Assembly (NCBI GenBank): GCA_963815455.1
Contig: CAWFGO010000002.1
Coordinates: 288,001-352,000 of the forward strand
Length of the DNA stretch: 64,000 nt
Direction of reading: 5' to 3'
From: an uncultured Verrucomicrobiae bacterium
GTDB taxonomy: Bacteria > Verrucomicrobiota > Verrucomicrobiia > Chthoniobacterales > UBA10450
Position 1 is the first letter of the stretch; each line of letters begins with the position of its first letter. The translations under genes were made by a program, and so were the position numbers. The notes below the pieces were generated by a model. It did not search any database. It saw only the letters and a program-made list of their open reading frames with translations, and was not told the origin of the DNA. Shown piece by piece: positions 20,061 to 27,619 of the stretch.

Positions 20061-20224
20061 AGAAGACCGCTCGGCACAACCGAGTCGTCGTCAGAAGTCC
20101 GCGCGCCCCCAAGGGCTAACGCGCCGGGGCTGTTCCGAAACTGATCTGCAATCCTGCAGCTTTGTCATCGTGAATGGCGTGCTCCACCCGAGACTCGACA
20201 AAATCGGAGCAATGTTGGAACACC

Positions 20225-20626
20225 ATGAAACCATTTTACATAATCATACTTTTGTCGTCGTTGGCTTCCGCCGCTTTTGCGCGCCAAGAGGCGGTTTTGG
20301 CCCGGGTCACCGGTTACTGGGCAAACGAGGGAGCTTCCGGCCTTTACGCCAGTACGGGCCGCCGGTTGCGTCCTGGACATTGCGCCGTCGATCCAAAGCG
20401 AATCCCGTACGGCAGCAAAGTTGTCTTCCCCGATATCACGTGCACGGCGGTCGATACCGGATCGGCCGTAGTTAGTCGCAAAGCGGCACGAGCACGCGGA
20501 CGAACCCCAGCTCAACGCAACGCCATCGTGGTCGATCGATTTTTCGAAACGAAGCAAGACGCGGTCGCCTGGTCGAACGCGCATTCGGAATTCATGGTCC
20601 TGCAAGTTATCCCGCCGCAGGAGTGA
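20225..20626 (+). CDS. Secreted 3D-domain (MltA-like lytic transglycosylase) protein, paralogue 1
   Basis: Signal peptide, RVTGYW, HCAVDPKRIPYGS, AVDTGSAV and VVDRFF, carrying the three conserved Asp residues. Confidence 0.85.
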   Translation: MKPFYIIILLSSLASAAFARQEAVLARVTGYWANEGASGLYASTGRRLRPGHCAVDPKRIPYGSKVVFPDITCTAVDTGSAVVSRKAARARGRTPAQRNAIVVDRFFETKQDAVAWSNAHSEFMVLQVIPPQE

Positions 20627-20631
20627 GTACA

Positions 20632-20760
20632 GGTAGAGATTCGCCGTGGCGAAGCCGTGCCATTTTCGGATTCGCCGGACGGTTCGGAGAACCGTCCCTA
20701 CCGGTCAGAGCCGCTCGATCGGCGAGCGGTTTGCGGCCGGCACGGCCGCCTCTACACTTT
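20632..20760. repeat. Composite GTAG-REP cluster (copy 2)
   Basis: GGTAG...GGACGGTTCGGAGAACCGTCCCTACC, followed by GTTTGCGGCCGGCACGGCCGCCTCTACACTTT, identical to 19965-19996. Confidence 0.82.
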
Positions 20761-20764
20761 GCGA

Positions 20765-22325
20765 ATGCAAACCGCCGGTTCCGAACCCGCGCCGGGATGG
20801 ACGGCAACGGAGCGCACCCTGCTGATCTCCTTCGGCCTGGCAACCCTGCTCATCCACCTGCTCACCAATGGCGGTTACGGTTACTTCCGGGATGAGCTCT
20901 ATTATATAGCGTGCAGCCGGCACCTCGCCTTCGGCTACGTCGATCAGCCGCCGTTGTCGATCCTGCTGCTCCAGCTCAGCCGGATGCTCTTTGGCGACTC
21001 TCTGCACGCGATCCGGCTGCTACCGGCCTTCGCGGGCGCGGCCGCGGTCGTGCTCGCTGGCATGATCGCGCGCCAGATGGGGGGGCGCATTTGGGCGGTA
21101 GCGTTGAGTTGCGCCGCCTCGCTCACCGCCCCGGTATATATAATAAACGGCAATTTCTTTTCCATGAACGCGTTCGAACCGTTGCTCTGGATGAGTTGCA
21201 TCTATTTCCTGATACGAATCATTAACGGCGGCCCGCCCACTCTCTGGCTCTGGGTCGGGTTGCTCGCCGGGCTGGGCGTCGAGAACAAGCATTCGACAGT
21301 TTTTTTCGGCGTGGCTGTAATCGCAGGACTGCTTGCTCTCGCCGGACCGCCGCCATTTCCGAGAAAAATGGATCTGGCTGGGCGGCCTCATCGCGTTTCT
21401 CGTCGCGCTGCCGAACATCATCTGGCAGATCCAAAATCACTGGGCGACCTGGGAATTGCTCAACAACGTGGCCCACAGCAACAAGAATGTGATTCTTAAT
21501 CCGGCGGACTTCCTGAGTCAGCAGGTGCTGCTGATGAACCCCGGCACATTGCCACTTTGGTTAGGCGGACTGGTGTGGTTGCTCGCATCGCGCGCCGGCA
21601 GACGCTACCGGGCACTGGCAATCATCTATCTCGTCACGCTGATCGAATTCATCTTGTTGCATGGCAAAGTTTACTATTTGGCGCCCGCCTACCCGATGCT
21701 GTTCGCAGCGGGCGGGGTCGGAGCGGAAGGCCTCTTTAATCTGCGGTGGACATGGATGAAACCGGCGTTGGCCGCGCTCATCATTTTGCCCGCGGCAGTC
21801 CTGGCACCCATCACTGTGCCCATTCTGGCGCCGGAAAAATTGGTCGCCTACATGAAGGCGATTCATTTTGAGCCGCCCCGAACCGAGACTTCGCACACCG
21901 CGGCGCTGCCTCAATATTTCGCCGATCAATTTGGCTGGGAAGAAATGGCCGCCTCGGTGGGTCATGCCTATAATCACTTGAAGCCCGAGGACAAAAAGCG
22001 AGCCGCCATTTTTTGCCAGAACTACGGCGAAGCCGCCGCCCTGGAATTCTTTGGACCGAAATACAATATCCCCCCGGGGATCGTAATCTCCGGCCATCAA
22101 AATTACTTTCTCTGGGGACCGCGCGATTATACCGGGGACGTTGTGCTGGTCATGGATGATCGGGCGGACGATGAACGACAGCAATTTACCGAGGTGCAAG
22201 AGCTCGGGGAAGTGTTGAGCAGTCCGTGGGCAATGCCTTGGGAACAACGCCAAAAAATGTATCTCTGCCGTGGCCTAAAGGGCAGTCTCCGAGAGTTTTG
22301 GCCCCGGCTGAAAAATTGGCTATAA
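20765..22325 (+). CDS. GT-C (ArnT/PMT, GT39/GT83-like) membrane glycosyltransferase (frameshift near 21335)
   Basis: YGYFRDELYY, LAFGYVDQPP, many TM segments and GKVYYLAPAYP. Joins ORFs 20657..21499 and 21333..22325. Confidence 0.88.
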
Positions 22326-22329
22326 AGAA

Positions 22330-22358
22330 TTGACATTATTCTAATTACTGATAAAACT
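22330..22358 (+). promoter_or_regulatory. Putative sigma70 promoter of the second 3D-domain gene
   Basis: TTGACA at 22330-22335, an AT-rich spacer, then TGATAAAACT, about 220 nt upstream of the ATG. Confidence 0.6.
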
Positions 22359-22577
22359 GCGGCGACCCATAAGGAGAAAAGAGGCGCGCCCTGTTAGTAA
22401 CCACTGAGTTGTTCACATATTCCCCCCGGACAAGCTCGTTCTCGCCGAGTTTGATCTTCTTCGCTTCCCGGACGCCGTATCGCCCGGAGGCAGCGCTGCC
22501 GTACCCCCAATGTAAAACCGGCATTTCGAGCTTTTGCGAGGTCTCAAGGCTCGGGCCCTGCTAAAAAACTTAACCTA

Positions 22578-23168
22578 ATGAAACGATTCCTCACCCCCAC
22601 TGCGTTTCTTATCCTGGCCATGCCAGCGGCGGCTCTTGCCCGCGAACAGACGAAGCCTGCGAAGAGTCGCGAGCGGGTCGCTCTCGTCAAAACCCGCGAG
22701 CAAACGGTGCTCGCCCGAGTCACTGTCTACTGGGCCAAAGGCGGCTCAGGCTCGGACCGCTATACCCGCCAGCACAAGACAGCCACCGGCGTCCGTCTCC
22801 GCAGTGGGCATTGTGCTGTCGATCCACGGCGGATTCCCTATGGCAGCCAGATCATTTTCCCAGACGGCCGTTTCATGGCGGTCGATACCGGCACCGCCGT
22901 GATCAATCGGAAAGCTGCGCGCCTCTCCGGACGGACCAAATACGAGCGCGATGCGGTCGTCGTCGATCGCTTCTTCGAGACCAAGCGGCAGGCGCTCGCC
23001 TGGGAGAAGACCCATCCCCCGTTCATGATGGTGCGCGTGATTACGCCGAACTATCGGAGAACAGTGCCGTCGCAGGAGCGTTTGGCCGCAGCCGCGGGGA
23101 AATATCCGCGAGCGATACCAGTTGCGCCGCCGAAATATCCGCGCGCCACACTTGTAGCGAAGAAATAA
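22578..23168 (+). CDS. Secreted 3D-domain protein, paralogue 2
   Basis: Signal peptide, RVTVYW, HCAVDPRRIPYGS, AVDTGTAV and VVDRFF. C-terminal KYPRA occurs twice. Confidence 0.85.
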   Translation: MKRFLTPTAFLILAMPAAALAREQTKPAKSRERVALVKTREQTVLARVTVYWAKGGSGSDRYTRQHKTATGVRLRSGHCAVDPRRIPYGSQIIFPDGRFMAVDTGTAVINRKAARLSGRTKYERDAVVVDRFFETKRQALAWEKTHPPFMMVRVITPNYRRTVPSQERLAAAAGKYPRAIPVAPPKYPRATLVAKK

Positions 23169-23221
23169 CGAAACCGGCCACGCTGTTGCGTGGACATCCA
23201 AGACGAAGCGCACTTCCTCTT

Positions 23222-23313
23222 GTCATCCTGAGTGGAGCGAAGCGGAGTCGAAGGATCCCGTTTTGGAATCTTCAGCTAACGCAACGGGATTCCTCGACTT
23301 CGCTCGGAATGAC
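23222..23313. repeat. GTCAT(C/T)C...ATGAC palindromic element (short form)
   Basis: GTCATCCTGAGTGGAGCGAAGCGGAGTCGAAGGATCCCGTT...AACGGGATTCCTCGACTTCGCTCGGAATGAC. Confidence 0.85.
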
Positions 23314-23332
23314 GACGGGTTCCGGCGCGTCT

Positions 23333-23901
23333 CTACGAGGAAGTGAACTTCCCGTAAACCGCCACCAGCGGATAGAAACAGCGATTCTTTGAATGATAAT
23401 CGCTCACAAACCCATCCTTGGTCCGGATCTCGACATGGCCGCGGCGCCTGTTCCCATAAACCAGCACGGCGCCCACCGGCGCCTTGTACGGATCGCGAAC
23501 CGGCAATCGTTTGAAAGCCATATTTCTGAACCAACTCCTGTCCGGCATCAGCGGCATAGGCGGTCTTCGGATACGATTTCACCGCGCCCGCCTTAACCAG
23601 CGCTTCCTTCACGTATTGCCAGCACCGAAAATGCGACCGCGCATTGGCCCGCTCCTTGGCAATGCTTGCGGCCTTCATCAGTTTCGGATCGATCCGCGGA
23701 TCGACATGGGCAAACGGATGCACGATCCGCTTTGTCCAATACCGGCGAATGATCCGGGCAGACGTGACTTTGCCCGAGCGCTCCTTGTAAACGAAATCCG
23801 ATTTCGACCGGGTTATGCCCTCGGCCTGAACCGTATTCGAAAAAAGCGCCAGAACGCCGGCGAAAACTAAAATTGCGAATTTGGACAATCGCACGCGCCA
23901 T
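23333..23901 (-). CDS. Secreted CHAP/NlpC-P60-like Cys-His peptidoglycan hydrolase, paralogue 1 (frameshift near 23515; start 23894 or 23901)
   Basis: Signal peptide and RCWQYVKEAL, then PVGAVLVYG...GHVEIRTKDGFVSD in the adjoining frame. Confidence 0.72.
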
Positions 23902-23961
23902 TCCTATCGCAGCACTTATGCCGTCCGACAAGTCGTTTTGAAAAAGATGGCCAGCCGCTAT

Positions 23962-24462
23962 TTAACGCAGCTGAGCGGATCCGCCGATAAACCCCGGAAG
24001 TCTGGAAGCATCATTTCGGGCGGCGATGCCGATCGACGGCGCGGCAGATCTATTTCGTTTTTCCGGCGCGATAACCCGAACGGTAATGAATTGCGGATGG
24101 GAATTAGCCCAAACAACGGCTTCTCGTTTGGTTTCGAAGAATCGATCGATCACCAGCGCGTTTTTTTGAACAGGATTATGCCCACAATAACGCGCTGATT
24201 TTCGACTCACGACCGCCGGGCCGGTATCCACGGCGAGGCATTCCATATCCGGAAATATAACTTTGCTTCCGTATGGGATCTTCTTGGGATCGACTGCGCA
24301 GTGCCCGGCGCGCAGTCGTGCCCCATTCCATGCCGCGCGTTCACCCGAACCTTCTCCGCGCCAGTAGCCGGTGACTCGGACCAGAATCGATTGCTCACGG
24401 CCCAATGCGCAAGGCGCAGCGAGCGTCAGTAAAAAGCCAGTTGCTATGATTAAGTGTTTCAT
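23962..24462 (-). CDS. Secreted 3D-domain protein, paralogue 3
   Basis: Signal peptide, RVTGYW, HCAVDPKKIPYGS, AVDTGPAV and VIDRFF. Confidence 0.85.
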   Translation of the reverse strand: MKHLIIATGFLLTLAAPCALGREQSILVRVTGYWRGEGSGERAAWNGARLRAGHCAVDPKKIPYGSKVIFPDMECLAVDTGPAVVSRKSARYCGHNPVQKNALVIDRFFETKREAVVWANSHPQFITVRVIAPEKRNRSAAPSIGIAARNDASRLPGFIGGSAQLR

Positions 24463-24616
24463 TCTTCCAACCGATTCCAGCGTTGCCGAAATCGAGACTA
24501 CTTTTTGAAGTCGTGGGATCCCGCGGAAGCCCCGTCAGTTTTCAATCGAAAATCCGTGATAATTTGGTCGCCCCTCCGCGACCGAAATTTGCGAAGCAGC
24601 AAGATCGACAATTGCG

Positions 24617-25167
24617 CTACGACTTGGCGTAAACGCCTACCAATCGCCGCGGCGACGGAATTCGCGATTTGAAATCGCTGACGAATCCGTCCCGGGTGCG
24701 AATCTCCACGTGGCCGGCAGAACGCCCCGCGCCATAGACCAGCACTGCTCCCACCGGTGCCTTGAATGGATCGCGCACCGGGAGCTTCTTGAATCCGTAA
24801 TCCTTCACCAATTCTTGAGCAGCCTGCTTTGCATAGACCGTCTTGGGGTAGGACTTGACCGCGCCCGAGGCCACAAGCGCCTGCTTCACGTAACGCCAGC
24901 ACTGCGAGCGGGAATGCACATTGGCGCGCTCCTGGGCGATGGTCGCCGCGCGCATCAACTTGGGATTGATATTGCGATCCACTTTGGCCAATGGATGCTG
25001 GATCTTTTTCCGGTAATAGCGGGTAACAACGGGGATCGACTCCGTTCTGTCATTACATGCTTTAACCGGAATTGGGACGGTGCTGAACTGGCATGGACCG
25101 CCTGGACACCACCGGCAGTGAAGATCGAGCAGAGAACAACTAGGGAAAGGGGGATACGATTTGACAT
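24617..25167 (-). CDS. Secreted CHAP/NlpC-P60-like hydrolase, paralogue 2 (frameshift near 25060)
   Basis: Signal-like MSNRIPLSLVVLCSIFTAGGVQA, then QCWRYVKQAL...PVGAVLVYG...GHVEIRTRDGFVSD. Clearly paralogous to 23333-23901. Confidence 0.72.
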
Positions 25168-25284
25168 GGAAGCGCGCCATATCGAGCAGGATGGTTGCCT
25201 GCGCAAGCGATTTCTTCAGAAATTTTCGGGTTTTCTTGGAGGCTCCTCGGCCAACTCGCGCCCCCAAGGGCTCAACTGAAGACG

Positions 25285-26203
25285 CTACAGCGCGGACGAT
25301 GAATTCGGCCATTCGGCGGCGTTTATCCGGATCGGGAAGCCGGCCTTTCCCCGCTGCTAGGTTATCGGCGAGATGATCGGGCTTGCTGGTCGCGGGAATG
25401 GCACAGGTCACGGCCGGATGGGCGACGATCCATTTGAGGAAGAACTGGGCCCAGGATCGACAATCGAACTCGGTCGCCCAATCGGGCAACGGCTTCGACC
25501 GGACTCGCGAAAATAGATCGCCGCCGCCAAATGGCCGATTGATGATCACCGCCACTTGTCGATCTTGCGCCAGCGGCAGGATTCTCTGCTCGGCCTCGCG
25601 TTCCATGATCGAGTAATTGATCTGGAGAAAATCGAGCTTCTCGCTTCGCAAAACTTTTTCCACTTCGGGAAAACTGCTCTCGTTGTAATGGGTCACGCCA
25701 ATGTAGCGAAACCGGCCTTGCGCTTTCCAATCGCGCATGGTGGCAAGCTGCGTCCCGACATCGACGAGGTTATGCACCTGCATCAGATCGATTCGCTTGG
25801 TTTGGAATCGCGCAAATGAGCGATTCATCGACTCGATGCCGGCTTCCTTGCCCCGCGTCCAAACTTTCGTGGCCAGAAAGAGCTTGTCGTGCAGCTTGCG
25901 CTTCGTCGCCAGGCTGCCGATAACTTCCTCCGAGCGTCCGTACATCGGAGAGGAATCGACGATGCGCCCGCCCAGTTGCACGAACAGCGAGAGCACGTCG
26001 CCCAGCTGCTTCTCTTTCTCCGGCGTAAGATCGACATCGAACACCTGCCAGGTTCCGAGTCCGATCACCGGCAACGTCTCGCCGGAAGATGGAATCGCGC
26101 GCATGAGCATCGCAGATGATTCGCTCGCCGACTCCGCATTGATCGGCAAAAACACGCCGGCCGCACTCGTGCCCAGCAATTTCGCCGCCTCACGTCGCGT
26201 CAT
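25285..26203 (-). CDS. Aldo/keto reductase with twin-arginine-like N-terminus
   Basis: IGLGTWQ, DSSPMYG, LATKV, DLMQVHN and IPATSK motifs. The true stop is probably TAG at 25285-25287 after a 1-nt error. Confidence 0.9.
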
Positions 26204-26209
26204 ATCCTT

Positions 26210-26289
26210 TGTCATTCCGAGCGGAGTGGAGGAATCTCTCGACAGCTTTCGGAAATGACACAGATGGTCGACTTCGCTCAATATGGACA
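26210..26289. repeat. Degenerate GTCAT...GAC palindromic element
   Basis: TGTCATTCCGAGCGGAGTGGAGGAATCT...TCGACTTCGCTCAATATGGACA. Confidence 0.65.
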
Positions 26290-26294
26290 ATCAA

Positions 26295-27465
26295 ATGCCT
26301 ACGACCCGACGCCACTTTCTAAAAATCTCCGCCGCCGCCAGCGCAACTATTGCCTTGGCGCAAGATCGACATCTTTGTTTGCCACGGAATCCGTGAAACC
26401 TCTGCGCATCCTCATCCTGGGCGGCACCGGATTTACCGGGCCGTATCAGGTCGGTTACGCCCTTGGCCGCGGGCACAAGGTGACGACTTTCAACCGCGGC
26501 AAAACTCACCCGAACGAACTGCCGCCCGAAGTCGAGCAGCTCATTGGCGATCGCAACGGCAAACTTGAGGCATTGAAGGGCCGCCAATGGGATGTCGTGA
26601 TCGATAATCCGACAACGCTGCCGGTCTGGGTGCGGGATGCCGCCGAAATCCTGAAGGGCAACGTCGATCGTTACGTCTTCATTTCGACCATTTCCGTTTA
26701 CGGAGACGTGGAGCAGGGAGTCGACGAATCGGCCCCGGTCGAGAAATATGATGGCCCCGATCCCTACAAGGAAACCTTGGAAGCGATGCGCGCCTCCGGT
26801 TTCAAAACATACGGTCCGCTCAAGGCGCTTTCGGAGAAGGAAGCCGAGAAATGGTTTCCCGGAAAGGCGCTGATCATTCGACCAGGATTAATTGTTGGTC
26901 CGCGCGACCAGACCGATCGGTTCACTTATTGGCCGGTGCGGATCGATCGCGGTGGCGAAGTGCTCGCACCGGGCACGCCCGACGATCCGGTCCAGATCAT
27001 CGACGCCCGCGACCTGGCCGAATGGACGATCCGGATGGTGGAAAATCGCGAGACTGGAATTTACAACGCCACTGGTCCGGCCAAGCCGCTAGGCGTTGGC
27101 GGCATGCTTGATGGAATCAAGAGCGCGCTCAAATCGAATGCGAAATTCACCTGGGCCAGCGAAGAATTCCTGACCCAGCAAAAAGTCGAGCCTTGGTCGG
27201 ACATGCCGGTCTGGACCGGGAAGGAGAGCGGCATGGCGCGGACGAGCATCGCCGTGCTCTTGCCAAAGGGATTGACGTTCCGTCCGCTCGGCGATACTGC
27301 CCGCGACACGCTGGCCTGGTTCAAATCACTCCCGCAAGATCGACAACCCGAAATGATCGGGGCTCGCGAAGCCCTTCGGAGTCGCAATTAAAAGCCGGCC
27401 TAACGCCCGAGCGCGAAGCCGAAGTCCTCGCCGCGTGGAAGAAACAAAAAGCTTCGTCATCCTGA
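26295..27465 (+). CDS. NAD-dependent epimerase/dehydratase (extended SDR) with Tat-like signal (frameshifts near both ends)
   Basis: MPTTRRHFLK from ATG 26295, LILGGTGFTG, YGPLK and IRPGLIVGP. C-terminus KAGLTPEREAEVLAAW, with the stop codon lying inside the downstream repeat. Confidence 0.85.
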
Positions 27466-27595
27466 GCGAAGCGAAGGATCTCGCGAAAACAGTTTCTACT
27501 CACATATTTCGAAAACCGTTACTGCAGCAGCAACGTAGTGAACGCTTGCGTGCCTACCGACCTACTGCGGGGTCCCTCGCTTCGCTCGGGATGAC
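27456..27595. repeat. GTCATCC...GGATGAC element (long form, copy A)
   Basis: Terminal inverted repeats of about 28 bp and an internal TGAACGCTTGCG core. Confidence 0.88.
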
Positions 27596-27619
27596 CCCGG
27601 GGTGCAGCGTTTACTGTAA

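Noticed and set aside
24520..24545. CCCGTCAG resembling part of the c-di-AMP (ydaO) riboswitch
   Set aside because: It is on the wrong strand for the downstream 3D gene, and the other consensus blocks are missing.
24617..26290. 557-aa aldo/keto reductase-CHAP fusion in the ORF track
   Set aside because: The linker translates intergenic DNA. A 1-nt error hides the reductase stop near 25285, and the CHAP gene has its own signal peptide in another frame.
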